The notes: generated by a model from the sequence alone, not told the origin. A DNA stretch of 64,000 bases from an uncultured Peptoniphilus sp. (GCA_902488455.1 CABTWG010000002.1:4324-68323); one strand, 5' to 3'; counted from the stretch's first letter, positions 20,704 through 30,678 are shown. Numbers and translations are program-made.

Positions 20704-21956
20704 ATCTTTTCAATTAATGGTACTAGTTGTGCCGGCATTTCCGGTACTTTCTTAGCGTCTAGTTCATTGTAAGGGATAGTTGCTTCCCCTATATTTATTG
20801 AATCGTAAAGTTTCTTTTGATCGTCAGTTAATTTATCGTAGCTTACTACTGGTAGATCTCCAAGCACAGCTGGATCAGCCTTTTCAATTTGGTTTTCAGG
20901 TGCTAGAATTTCATTAATAAATACCATTGCTGCGTCTTTATTTGGACTCATCTTGGAGATTGCTAGGAAGTGGGTGTTACCAATATTTCCCTTGTCAAAG
21001 ACGAATGATCTAGTGGTTGCAGGTGCTTTTTTATCGTTAATCATCATGGAAGCTTGGTTTGGATTGTAGCTCATCGCCATTGCAACTTCTCCGTCAGAGA
21101 ACATATTTGTAAGAGTTGGGTTGTCTGATGGATAGGTCTTGCCTTCCTTCCATAGGTATGGTTTAAGTTCATTTAAGTAGTCAATGGTTGGTTTCATCAT
21201 TTCTGCAAGTTTCTCTTGAGTAAGATCCTTGTCCATGAATTGCTCATAACCTTGTAGGTCTGACATGATTTGTCTAACGAATACTGATGCTGTGAAGTCA
21301 GGTAGAGCTGCATATGTTAGTTTGCCAGGGTTTGCCTTAGCTACTTCTAGTAGTTCTTCTGCATTCTTAGGTGGGTTTGGAATAACTGCGCTGTCATAAA
21401 CGAATACGAATTGTGCCTTTCCGTAAGGAGCTTCTAAACCTTCAGTTGGTTCTCCAAAGTCGTATTTCACGTCTGCAGATTCTCCATCTACATAGTCGTT
21501 GAAGTTTGGAAGTTTATCAGTAAATGGTCCAAATAGGAAACCTTGTTTCTTAGCTGCAGCGAAGTTTTCTCCGTTGATCCAAATAACGTCTATTGAACCA
21601 TCTTTGCCTGCGTTGTTTTCGTTTAGAAGAAGGTTGTTGATTTCGTCGATATCCATTGGAACTCTGTTCACTGTGATGTCGTATTTTTCCTTCATCTTAG
21701 GTGCGATAGAGTTGTCGATCCAGTTGTTTCTCTTTTCATCTCCACCCCATCCATAAAAGTTAACTGTCTTTCCTTTTGCAGATTCTAATGCTTCTTCAAA
21801 AGTCATGTCTGCTGCATCTTTTGTAGTTTCAGTTTGGCTTGTTTCGTTTTTATTTGCTGCGTTATCTTGTGATTTGTCTGCTTTGCCACATCCTACCAAT
21901 ATAAAGATTGCTAGTAGGAAAACTGAAAGTTTCTTTAGTAAGTTCTTGTTAAACAT
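20679..21956 (-). CDS. ABC substrate-binding lipoprotein, YnjB-like
   Basis: Lipobox LVGC; FYGWGGD, IDVIWINGENF, GNTHFLAI as recalled for the YnjB family. Confidence 0.82.
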   Translation of the reverse strand: MFNKNLLKKLSVFLLAIFILVGCGKADKSQDNAANKNETSQTETTKDAADMTFEEALESAKGKTVNFYGWGGDEKRNNWIDNSIAPKMKEKYDITVNRVPMDIDEINNLLLNENNAGKDGSIDVIWINGENFAAAKKQGFLFGPFTDKLPNFNDYVDGESADVKYDFGEPTEGLEAPYGKAQFVFVYDSAVIPNPPKNAEELLEVAKANPGKLTYAALPDFTASVFVRQIMSDLQGYEQFMDKDLTQEKLAEMMKPTIDYLNELKPYLWKEGKTYPSDNPTLTNMFSDGEVAMAMSYNPNQASMMINDKKAPATTRSFVFDKGNIGNTHFLAISKMSPNKDAAMVFINEILAPENQIEKADPAVLGDLPVVSYDKLTDDQKKLYDSINIGEATIPYNELDAKKVPEMPAQLVPLIEKIWEENVLN

Positions 21957-21957
21957 A

Positions 21958-22905
21958 CTACCTCCTGTGTTTTTTAAATTTAAATTTCATTACGTTTCTT
22001 GCGAACTCGCTTGAAGGTTCTTCATCGACTTCTAATATCTCCGTCAAGAAGTTCTTCACATTATTTTTCTTGTACCCATTGTGAAAAATCCCTGCACATG
22101 AGGAACAATAGGTATATATATTTTCCTTATCCAATGAGTTCATCTTTTCTTTCCATATATCCACAACATCCCCTTCATGTTTTATGGCTCCTCCACCGAG
22201 GCCACAGCAACCTATGGATGTGAATGGTTCTTCATAATCTTTTGCAAAATACTTAATATCTTCGAAGATTTCCTTTGAGTATCTATCGGAACATGGGAAA
22301 AATACATTGGAATTTTCGTCGATTTTCTTACCCACGCCTATTTCTCTTAAATATTCGTATACAGAGATGACTTCTGCGTAAATCTTTCCCTTTAGAAAGT
22401 GGTAACAGTTTGGACAGAGACAAATGATCCTCTCAACTCCTTGAGATCTAAGAGTCTTCTCCAAGATTTCAAGCGGCACTTCTCCACCCATGTCGTGGGT
22501 AGGTTTCTTGCAGCAATCCACAGAAAAGTCCGCTCCATGTTCATTTCCAATCTCAATCATAGCCTCACAGGTTTTAGGTAAAAATCCAGGATAGTTGCAT
22601 CCTAAAAATATTAAATCCTTCGTCTTAGCCTTTCCAATGTTTCGAAGTTTGTAATTGTTCTTCATAAACTTAACAGACTTAAGTCCCTTTGGATCTCTTC
22701 TCCTCATGTAGAGAGAGATTTCTTTTCCATCTAAATCCACTGGACATACATTCTTGCACTTGCCACAGAGAAAACATGAGTACCTTAGGTCAGGTCTATT
22801 AGCAAAATCAGAAAGATCCATATCGTATTTCGACAAAAAGTCGCAATTCTTGGTGCATCTCTTACAATGTATGCAATTTTCTTTCGTCTTTTCTAGTACA
22901 TTCAT
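21958..22905 (-). CDS. Fe-S oxidoreductase: two 4Fe-4S motifs plus CCG domains (HdrD/GlpC-like)
   Basis: CIHCKRCTKNC, CFLCGKCKNVCP, GC, DCC, CPNC, CCGLGG, CSSC. Confidence 0.85.
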   Translation of the reverse strand: MNVLEKTKENCIHCKRCTKNCDFLSKYDMDLSDFANRPDLRYSCFLCGKCKNVCPVDLDGKEISLYMRRRDPKGLKSVKFMKNNYKLRNIGKAKTKDLIFLGCNYPGFLPKTCEAMIEIGNEHGADFSVDCCKKPTHDMGGEVPLEILEKTLRSQGVERIICLCPNCYHFLKGKIYAEVISVYEYLREIGVGKKIDENSNVFFPCSDRYSKEIFEDIKYFAKDYEEPFTSIGCCGLGGGAIKHEGDVVDIWKEKMNSLDKENIYTYCSSCAGIFHNGYKKNNVKNFLTEILEVDEEPSSEFARNVMKFKFKKHRR

Positions 22906-23588
22906 TTCTGACTCCTATATATTTTCTCAATCTCTTCTGCACATAAGAAGATGTCTCCTTTTTCTCTAGCATCTCTATACATCTTTTGATATTTTTGCAT
23001 CCTAAATAATGTCTTTAAAGGTCCATTATTTACAAATCTTCTCGAAGATGTAGTTATCTCACTTTCAAGAAGCTTTGGATATATTCCCATCTCTTGTAAA
23101 GTTAGTGAGAGTTCATAATCCTCCATAAGAGGAAGTGGTTTAAACCCTCCTATTTTTTCAAACAGCTCTCGCTTTATAAATATTCCTTGATCTCCAAAGG
23201 CTATATGCCTATGTTTTACTCGGAAATTAGAACCCCACTCGATGGATTTTAAAAAAAGTGAAGTCGGCTCAAACTTAATTTTAAAGCAACCAAAGTCGTA
23301 ATCTCTTTCTATAAGTTCAAGTACCCCATCCCTTGAGATTTTGCTATCAGCGTGGATAAAGAGAAGTTTGTCGTTTGTGAGTTCTTTCGCCCCTTCATTC
23401 ATCTGATTAGATCTGTACCTGGTCCTCTTAATCTTTTTAAAATTAATTTTTTCATAGGTTCTATCCGTGGAATATCCATCGGAAAACACAATATCACAAA
23501 GATCTGAAAACGCTGATACCATCTCTTGGGTTCTATCTATGATTTTTTCTTCGTTATAAGTTGGTATGACTATACCAAGTTTTTTCAT
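22902..23588 (-). CDS. GT2 glycosyltransferase, TIGR04283-like
   Basis: VIPTYNEE, DGYSTDRT, QMNEGA, FIHADS, FGDQGIF, PLMED, TTSSRRF. Confidence 0.88.
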   Translation of the reverse strand: MKKLGIVIPTYNEEKIIDRTQEMVSAFSDLCDIVFSDGYSTDRTYEKINFKKIKRTRYRSNQMNEGAKELTNDKLLFIHADSKISRDGVLELIERDYDFGCFKIKFEPTSLFLKSIEWGSNFRVKHRHIAFGDQGIFIKRELFEKIGGFKPLPLMEDYELSLTLQEMGIYPKLLESEITTSSRRFVNNGPLKTLFRMQKYQKMYRDAREKGDIFLCAEEIEKIYRSQK

Positions 23589-24268
23589 TTCTTCTCCTCT
23601 TTCAAAAATACCTTAGAAATTATCGCCGATATTATTACCAATGAAATTAAAAATAGTATCGAATATATAAATTCTTTTGATTTAGGATTTAAGACTGCTT
23701 CTCCAAAATAGTTAAATACCAGTACCCCTGGCACTACTCCTGCAAAGGTGGTGAGAAGATAGTAAAAAAAGTTTATCTCAGTAATTCCAGATATATAGTT
23801 CACCACATTGTAGCTAAATATTGGGCTAAGTCTTATTATAAATAATACCAAGGAAAGCACCTTTTGGTTATCACTATAAATGGCTGAAGATAGCTTCTCG
23901 CTCATGTGATTATCGACGAAATTTCTCACAAAATCCTTTAAGAGAAATCTTCCCATGTAGTACATAATTGGAGTGTTTAAAACTACCCCTATCATCGTGT
24001 ACAAAGATCCTTTCCAAATTCCAAATAGCGCTCCTCCCACAAGGACGATTATAACCACCGGAAAGAAGAAGATTGGAAGTATGGTAAATATCAATATATA
24101 GAATATCGCCGCCATATTTTCATGGGAATCTACAAATAATTTTATATCTTCAAAAGAGAATTTTCTAACTATAAAGATAGATATAAGTGCAATCAATATC
24201 ATTATCCCAATCTTGATTGCATTCATACTCCTATCATTGAATCTTATTTTGTTCTGTTTGTTTGTCAT
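23585..24268 (-). CDS. TVP38/TMEM64 (DedA/VTT) membrane protein
   Basis: GGALFG, RLSPIFSYNVVNYISG, GVVPG. Confidence 0.88.
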   Translation of the reverse strand: MTNKQNKIRFNDRSMNAIKIGIMILIALISIFIVRKFSFEDIKLFVDSHENMAAIFYILIFTILPIFFFPVVIIVLVGGALFGIWKGSLYTMIGVVLNTPIMYYMGRFLLKDFVRNFVDNHMSEKLSSAIYSDNQKVLSLVLFIIRLSPIFSYNVVNYISGITEINFFYYLLTTFAGVVPGVLVFNYFGEAVLNPKSKEFIYSILFLISLVIISAIISKVFLKEEKK

Positions 24269-24935
24269 TGTAGATTTTTCTAGCTACGTAGATGATTATT
24301 GAAGCCGCAAATAGGATCAAAAGTCCTACCATTAACTTTTGTGCTCCTCCTGTTAAACTTCCTCCTGCGTAGGAATAAATTATAGTTGCTGGTAGTTGTC
24401 CTAGACCTGTAGCAAGGAAGAATGGCCAGAAGTCCATGGAAGTTAGTCCTGCTGCGTATGATACTGCGTCAAATGGTATAAATGGAAGAAGTCTTGCCAC
24501 CATGATTGCATATTTACCATATTTTTTGAAGAATTCTTCTATCGCTACCAGTACTCCTTCTGATGCAAATTTCTTAACTACGTCTCTTCCTAGAATTCTT
24601 GCAATAAAGAAGCAAACTGCTGCACCAACCATTGAACTGGTCCAAGATAGTAGCGCTCCCTTAGCCCATCCCCAAATCATTGCATTGGCTAGGGTTATGA
24701 AGAATGCTGGTATAGGTGAAATGAGTGCTTGAAGTATCATTAGTAGGAATGAAACCATAACCGCATATACTCCAAATCCTCTTATATATTCTGCAACGCC
24801 GTTGATATCTACTTTGGTGAGTACTCTTATAGATTCATTTACTTCTCTATTTACAGATGGTACGAAGAAATAAACTGCAAAGAATATTCCAATTATAATT
24901 AGAAGTATCAACCTATTTCTGTTTTCTTTTTTCAT
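24234..24935 (-). CDS. TVP38/TMEM64 (DedA/VTT) membrane protein, YdjZ-like
   Basis: QALISPIPAF, RLLPFIPFDAVSYAAG, TGLGQLP. Confidence 0.9.
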   Translation of the reverse strand: MKKENRNRLILLIIIGIFFAVYFFVPSVNREVNESIRVLTKVDINGVAEYIRGFGVYAVMVSFLLMILQALISPIPAFFITLANAMIWGWAKGALLSWTSSMVGAAVCFFIARILGRDVVKKFASEGVLVAIEEFFKKYGKYAIMVARLLPFIPFDAVSYAAGLTSMDFWPFFLATGLGQLPATIIYSYAGGSLTGGAQKLMVGLLILFAASIIIYVARKIYNDKQTEQNKIQ

Positions 24936-26377
24936 AAATCCTCCTTATAAAGTTTCTTTAACATATCTAAAAAATCTACTGAGAGATATTCCTTTATCTT
25001 TTTCTCTGTATCGAGATTTTTAATCGCTCTATCCTTACTATATTCAACCAGAGCCATTGAACACCATGTAACTCCTCTTAGAGAATTGTACATCAAGTAT
25101 TTGTAGAATTTTCTTCTGTCAACTGGTCTGTATCTTTCGTATTCATCTAGGAAATCTAGCATCTCCTCTTCAGTTAAGATGGTGTCCGTCTTCCAATAGG
25201 TTGTGGTAGGCACCAAGAAGTGGGCTAAATCCTGTTCCGCTTCACCGATTATAGGTTTTTCCCAGTCGATAACAATATTTTTGTCTCCAATTATAAAATT
25301 GTGATTATTTAGCTCCGTATTTATAATTGAAGGGTTTGAAATCTCCTCATCCATATTGGAAGTTTCAAGAATTCTAAATAATTCGTCGATTCTCTTCTCG
25401 ATTTCTTCGTCTTTTTGGTCGAACTCTTTGTAATGGGCATACATGGAGATAAATTCATCGTGCATCGCCTTAAATGGTCTACTTGCCACTATTAGATTCG
25501 CCCCTTCTATATCCAAATTATGGATAGTAGACAAGAGTTTTGCCGCAGTTTTAAGATCTCTTTTATAGTCGAGGGGTCTGCCCTCATAATATTTCATAAT
25601 TAAATACGGTTTTTTAAGCCAAAAAGAATCTTCCACATAGGAAATCGGCTCTGGAGTAACCCCAGATTTTTCTAAGAATTTAAGAGCATCGTACTCATAC
25701 TTAAGCTGGCGAGATCCAAGGTTCATTTGGGAACCGAGATTCACCCTTATGACTCTGTTCTTTGATAGAAAGTTTAGATTGTACTCCCCTTGACCTAGAA
25801 GTTTTAGTTCATTGTCTCCTATTTCAAGTCTAACGAGGTCGATATACTCGTCTATATCTAGGATTTTTTCCGTAACATAGTAACTAAGACCTAGAGTCGC
25901 AATCTTTTTGATTGTGTTATTTAAAACTTCGCTATTTGAATAGGCTATATCTGAAAAGATATCGTAGTATTTTCTCATGCCAACTAGGCCGTATCCACCG
26001 TCATAGGTTGGAACTAGCACCACATCATATTCATTTAATTTATCAAGGCAAAATTTTATCATCTTAGAATCAAGACCAATTAGGTCAGAGCCCAAGAGCA
26101 CAGCCTTGTCTCTATTTTCAAGTTCAGATTTTAATGCATTTGCCATCTTTTCTCCGAGGTCTTTACCACTCTGTGGAATTCGGTACCTCTTATCTATATC
26201 ATCTGGAATTTTGCCACTGAAATATATCTTATAATCTGAGCCTGTGTTTTTAATTTCTTGGTACTGATTTTCTATTAATTTATCTGAAATGCTTAAGATC
26301 TCTTCGTCATTTAAATATGGAGATAGCCTGGTCTTCGTTTGCCCAAGTTCTGGTGTTCTTGTAAAAAATATTATCAT
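24932..26377 (-). CDS. DUF2064/TIGR04282-like nucleotide-diphospho-sugar-transferase domain fused to APH/choline-kinase-like domain
   Basis: N-part TRTPELGQTKTRL, QSGKDLGEKM, GSD, DGGYGLVG, DID; C-part GQGEYNLN, NTELNNHNF, IDWE. Confidence 0.82.
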   Translation of the reverse strand: MIIFFTRTPELGQTKTRLSPYLNDEEILSISDKLIENQYQEIKNTGSDYKIYFSGKIPDDIDKRYRIPQSGKDLGEKMANALKSELENRDKAVLLGSDLIGLDSKMIKFCLDKLNEYDVVLVPTYDGGYGLVGMRKYYDIFSDIAYSNSEVLNNTIKKIATLGLSYYVTEKILDIDEYIDLVRLEIGDNELKLLGQGEYNLNFLSKNRVIRVNLGSQMNLGSRQLKYEYDALKFLEKSGVTPEPISYVEDSFWLKKPYLIMKYYEGRPLDYKRDLKTAAKLLSTIHNLDIEGANLIVASRPFKAMHDEFISMYAHYKEFDQKDEEIEKRIDELFRILETSNMDEEISNPSIINTELNNHNFIIGDKNIVIDWEKPIIGEAEQDLAHFLVPTTTYWKTDTILTEEEMLDFLDEYERYRPVDRRKFYKYLMYNSLRGVTWCSMALVEYSKDRAIKNLDTEKKIKEYLSVDFLDMLKKLYKEDL

Positions 26378-26382
26378 AATAC

Positions 26383-26418
26383 AAAAAAAATGGCTTCGGA
26401 GTTACCCCCAAAGCCAAT
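26383..26418 (-). terminator. Intrinsic terminator-like hairpin after the rhodanese gene
   Basis: Minus strand TGGCTTTGGGG-gtaa-CTCCGAAGCCA followed by T8. Confidence 0.65.
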
Positions 26419-26425
26419 TAATTAA

Positions 26426-27172
26426 TTATTTTACCAATTCGTATCCGTCGTATTCTTTTGTTCCGTCGTACGCATTGTAAACTTCATGTCCTTCTTTAGC
26501 TAATTCGTCAGCTACTGCCCATGATCTATTGCCTGAATAGCAGTAGGTTAAGAATGGTTTGTCAGTTGGGAAGCTCTTAATATCATCCATGTAAGTGTCA
26601 GCAGTTGTGTGAAGTGCGCCTTCAATGTGTCCTTCGTTGTAATCTTTTTCATCTCTTACGTCAATGATAGTGTAGTTTCCTGATTTAGCCATTTCATTGA
26701 ACTTAGGTCCAAGAACTGTAGCAGCCTTAGTCATAGTTGTGTAAGTGAAGTCTTTTACGCCTTGAGCGTTAGCAACTTTTGTAAATCCATTGTCAACTAG
26801 GATTTGAGCAGCTTCTGATGATTTTTTACCAGTGTTGCAAACAGTTACAACGTCTTTGTCCTTGTAAGATTCGATTTCAGCAAGTCTGTCATTTAGTTCA
26901 TCAACTGGAATGTTGATAGCGTGTTTAACGTGACCTTCATTGTATTGTTCAGCTGGTCTAACGTCGATAACTAGGTATTTTTCTTTTTCCTTGTTGTCTT
27001 CTTGAATCTTGTCTAGTTCTTCTCCTGTCATTTCAGAATAAGCAACTTGTGTTTCTGTAGCAGTTCCTGCATTAGTTTTGTTTTCTGCTTGGTTAGCTGG
27101 TTTATCATTTGAACATCCAACTAAAAGAGCTAGAGCTAATGCTACAACTGAAAATAATTTTATATTTTTCAA
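26426..27172 (-). CDS. Tandem-rhodanese-domain lipoprotein (TTG start after AAGGAGG)
   Basis: Lipobox LVGC; two IDVR...GH repeats with active-site loops CNTGKKS and CYSGNRS. Confidence 0.88.
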   Translation of the reverse strand: MKNIKLFSVVALALALLVGCSNDKPANQAENKTNAGTATETQVAYSEMTGEELDKIQEDNKEKEKYLVIDVRPAEQYNEGHVKHAINIPVDELNDRLAEIESYKDKDVVTVCNTGKKSSEAAQILVDNGFTKVANAQGVKDFTYTTMTKAATVLGPKFNEMAKSGNYTIIDVRDEKDYNEGHIEGALHTTADTYMDDIKSFPTDKPFLTYCYSGNRSWAVADELAKEGHEVYNAYDGTKEYDGYELVK

Positions 27173-27384
27173 AATATCCTCCTTATTATAAATGCGAAAA
27201 TTTTTTATGAAATAAAAAGCATTTATATTCTCACTACAAATTAGTTTAACATTAAATACTGCCACTTGCAACAACTTATTATGAAAATTTGGTTAAATTT
27301 ATCTCACGCGTTTTTCTTTTCAATCGATGAAATTGATAATTTATTCTAATGTTTTTATATACCTTAAATAGATATTATCTTTAT

Positions 27385-27410
27385 AAAAAAAACGACATCT
27401 CTGTCGTTTA
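27385..27410 (-). terminator. Terminator after recR
   Basis: AAACGACA-gaga-TGTCGTTT plus T tract. Confidence 0.7.
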
Positions 27411-27429
27411 ATTGTATAAATTTTAAATT

Positions 27430-28020
27430 TTAATAATTCACCCGGTTTTTAAGAGCCGTTCCTATGGTTAGTTCATCATAATATTCGAGATTTCCTCCCA
27501 CAGGGATTCCATGGGCGATTCTAGTCATAAGAACTCCGGTGTCTCTTAAGGCTTCTTGAATATACATTGCAGTGGTGTCGCCGTCGGTGGTTGGGTTGGT
27601 TGCTATTATAACTTCTTTTATGCCACCTTCATTTACTCTTCTAACCAGCGAATCAAATCTTAGATCGCTTGGAAATATTCCACTTGTAGGTCTAACGGTT
27701 CCATGAAGCACATGGTAGAGACCGTTGTAACTATTGGTCTTTTCCATAGATGCCACATCCCTTGGGCTTTCCACTACACAGATGGTAGTCTTGTCCCTAG
27801 TGTCATCGGTGCAGATTTCACAAGGATCATCATCGGTATAGTTGTGACAGATGGAACACTCCTCTATATTTTCTGCAGCATCGACAATTGCCTCTGCCAA
27901 GCTATGTGCCTCGTTCTTATCCTGTTCAAGGATGTAGTAGAGGATTCTCTCTGCAGATTTTTCCCCTATTCCAGGTAGTTTTGTAAGTTCATATATTAAG
28001 TTTTCTAATGGTCTGCTCAT
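27430..28020 (-). CDS. recR: Recombination mediator RecR
   Basis: LPGIGEKSAER, C4 zinc finger, YHVLHG, Toprim. Confidence 0.97.
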   Translation of the reverse strand: MSRPLENLIYELTKLPGIGEKSAERILYYILEQDKNEAHSLAEAIVDAAENIEECSICHNYTDDDPCEICTDDTRDKTTICVVESPRDVASMEKTNSYNGLYHVLHGTVRPTSGIFPSDLRFDSLVRRVNEGGIKEVIIATNPTTDGDTTAMYIQEALRDTGVLMTRIAHGIPVGGNLEYYDELTIGTALKNRVNY

Positions 28021-28021
28021 C

Positions 28022-28354
28022 TTATAGTCCAGGGATATTAAGTCCGCCAGTTAGCTTGCCCATCTTTTGGTTTGCAACGCTGTCTGCTTCTTCCATAGCA
28101 TTATTGACAGCAGTTAGCACTAGATCTTCAAGCATGTCCACATCTTCTGGGTCAACTACTGCTTCGTCGATCTTTATTCTAATTAGTTCCTTTTTGCCGT
28201 TTACGGTGGCTTCCACTGCACCACCGCCAGAAGTGCCAGTTACCTCTTGGTTCTTTAGATCTTCTTCTAAGTTTTCCATTTGCTTTTGAAGCTTTTGCAT
28301 TTGCTTCATCATATTGTTCATATTTCCCCCGCCTGGGAATCCTCCAAATTTCAT
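28022..28354 (-). CDS. ybaB: YbaB/EbfC nucleoid-associated protein
   Basis: [23 protein letters not shown]; between dnaX and recR. Confidence 0.95.
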   Translation of the reverse strand: MKFGGFPGGGNMNNMMKQMQKLQKQMENLEEDLKNQEVTGTSGGGAVEATVNGKKELIRIKIDEAVVDPEDVDMLEDLVLTAVNNAMEEADSVANQKMGKLTGGLNIPGL

Positions 28355-28367
28355 AATATCTTCCTTT

Positions 28368-30176
28368 CTATTTTATTGAATCTTCTCCAAATAAATTTTC
28401 AATTCGATTCTTTATTGAATCGATATCACTATTTGATTTTACCACAAATTTAACCGAAATATTATCATTAGTCAATTCTTTTAAGACAGACTCTATTTTT
28501 TCTATGGTTTCACTGTTGTTTAAAGTTTGATAGAAGCTTCTTCCCTGCTCTTCAAATGCGATGGTTGCAATATTATCTTCAAAAGAATCGAGTCTACCCA
28601 TGACAAGCATGCCAGAGATGATCCTTTCAGATCTCTCCTTTAAAATCTGAATTGCACGGTTGAAGATCCCTTGTAGTTCACTTTCTGTATAATCTATTTC
28701 TTGATTATCTTGATTTTCTTCTATTTCTTCTGTATTTTCTACTTCTTCAGTTAAATTCTCGTCTGTGTAAGTTCCTTGAGCTTCAACCTCAATTTCAGTT
28801 TCATGAGTAAATTCTTCTACTGCGCCGTCAGCGTTGTCAGCTCCATTATTAGCTTTATAATCCTCTTTTGAAACTTCATTAGATATATTTTCAGATGCAT
28901 CTGGATGAGTAGGTTCAGAAGCTTTGTCTTTAGAAGGCTTTATATCATCTTTAGAGTTAATTTTAGAAATTTCCTTATTATCTGATTTCTTATCTATTTT
29001 GAAGTCAAAATATTCCCTCTTAGGTGGCTTTAAATCCTTGAAATTTCCAGAACTTAGCATTCTCTCAATATTTTCAACCCTATTTAAAATATCGTCCTGT
29101 CTATATGAAACTACCTCAAGAAGGGCAGCTTCAAGCATGGTTCTCTTGTTGGTAATATAGCGTGATCTCGCCTTAGTTTCACTCAAAATTTTTATGATAT
29201 TTAAAATTTCTGAGTTGGAAAAAGCCTGTGCGATTGCAGTATATCTATCCATGTCCTTGACCCTTATTATCTTTCTTGGGTCATTTAGATTTTTCGCAAT
29301 CAAAATATTTCTAAAAAAAGACACGATACCGTCGATTAAAACCATCATATCCTTGCCATCATCGGCTAAGTTTGCAACGGACATGATGATGCTTGACGCA
29401 TCTGAATTTAAAATCGAAGTCGCAAGTTCAAATAGGGTATCCTCAGTCGTAACACCTAAAACCTCGATGATTCTATCATAGCTAATTTGCTTGTCATTTA
29501 CAGCAACGACCCTATCTAAAAGAGAAACAGCATCCCTCATTGAACCGTCAGCCATCTGTGCGATAAGATCGATTCCGGCTTCATCGATGGATCTTCCTTC
29601 CTTTGAAATAATTTCAGAAATATTTTTAGAAATCGTATCTACAGAAATCCTTTTAAAAGAATATCTCTGAGTCCTGGAAAGAATCGTCTGTGGCACTCTT
29701 TCGATCTCCGTCGTCGCCAATATAAAGATTAGATGCTTCGGAGGTTCTTCCAATATTTTTAGAAGAGCATTGAATGCTCCCTTTGAAAGCATGTGAACCT
29801 CGTCAATGATGTAGACCTTGTACTTCGAAGTGCTAGGCGGATAGAACGCCTTTTCGCGAAGATCTCTTATGTCATCGACGCCATTGTTAGAAGCAGCGTC
29901 CATCTCTACCACGTCGAGATTCGTTCCACGAAGGATTGATTTGCAAGTCTCGCACTCGTTGCAAGGATTGCCATCTATTGGATGCTCACAGTTTACAGCT
30001 CTCGCCAATATCTTCGCAGTGGAAGTCTTACCTGTCCCTCTCGTGCCAGAAAAAATATAGGCATGGGAAACAGTGGAGTTTTTCACTTGATATTTAATTG
30101 AATTTATAACCTGGTCTTGACCGACGATCTCGTCAAAAGTCTTTGACCTGTATTTTCTATATAATGCTTGATACAT
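28368..30176 (-). CDS. dnaX: DNA polymerase III gamma/tau subunit
   Basis: [35 protein letters not shown]. Confidence 0.97.
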   Translation of the reverse strand: MYQALYRKYRSKTFDEIVGQDQVINSIKYQVKNSTVSHAYIFSGTRGTGKTSTAKILARAVNCEHPIDGNPCNECETCKSILRGTNLDVVEMDAASNNGVDDIRDLREKAFYPPSTSKYKVYIIDEVHMLSKGAFNALLKILEEPPKHLIFILATTEIERVPQTILSRTQRYSFKRISVDTISKNISEIISKEGRSIDEAGIDLIAQMADGSMRDAVSLLDRVVAVNDKQISYDRIIEVLGVTTEDTLFELATSILNSDASSIIMSVANLADDGKDMMVLIDGIVSFFRNILIAKNLNDPRKIIRVKDMDRYTAIAQAFSNSEILNIIKILSETKARSRYITNKRTMLEAALLEVVSYRQDDILNRVENIERMLSSGNFKDLKPPKREYFDFKIDKKSDNKEISKINSKDDIKPSKDKASEPTHPDASENISNEVSKEDYKANNGADNADGAVEEFTHETEIEVEAQGTYTDENLTEEVENTEEIEENQDNQEIDYTESELQGIFNRAIQILKERSERIISGMLVMGRLDSFEDNIATIAFEEQGRSFYQTLNNSETIEKIESVLKELTNDNISVKFVVKSNSDIDSIKNRIENLFGEDSIK

Positions 30177-30392
30177 AATTCACCTAAATCTATTATAACA
30201 TAGGACAATGAATGAAAAATAAAATAAATTTAGATGGGCGTTTAATGCTTAGCTCATTGAATAGATTTTTTTAAGATGAGTTGTGGGTTAATAAGTTTGT
30301 TTATAACAATGTTCAAGCTTATAATATAATCAAACTAAGCGATGTGACTATATGAATAAGATTTTTTTTGAGAGAGTGTTTTGTTCTTACAT

Positions 30393-30597
30393 TGATAATT
30401 GTTATCACGCTTTACGTATAGAATAAGTTTACTGATTATTTTTACACGCTCTACGTATAGCATAAGTTTACTGATTGTTTTTACATGCTTCACGTATAGC
30501 ATGAACTTAATTAAAATTTTACACGCTCTACGTATAGCATAAGTTTACTGATTTTCTTTTGCACGCTCTACAGATAGCATGAGTTTATTTAATTTTT
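30393..30597. repeat. Five-unit tandem array (period 38-40 bp) with an imperfect palindromic core AYGCTYYACGTATAGCAT
   Basis: Cores at 30407, 30446, 30485, 30523 and 30563, separated by similar AT-rich linkers. Confidence 0.9.
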
Positions 30598-30678
30598 ATA
30601 AACAAGGTGAACGCCCTTGACTTCGCTCGAAAAGACTCGCCCGGAAGTATCTTGATAACATTTATTATTTCTCCCACC

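Noticed and set aside
17373..27172. Selenocysteine (in-frame TGA) recoding in the cluster
   Set aside because: All ORFs are full length with Cys at the active-site positions
28690..29000. Acidic low-complexity stretch in dnaX as an insertion or frameshift site
   Set aside because: The tau linker is normally variable and no clear slippery heptamer was seen
30453..30464. Resemblance to loxP (CGTATAGCATA)
   Set aside because: Only a short match; the 13-bp arms and 8-bp spacer structure are absent and no recombinase is nearby
30407..30597. CRISPR array
   Set aside because: Period is only about 39 bp, the linkers resemble one another, the repeats are degenerate and no cas genes are present
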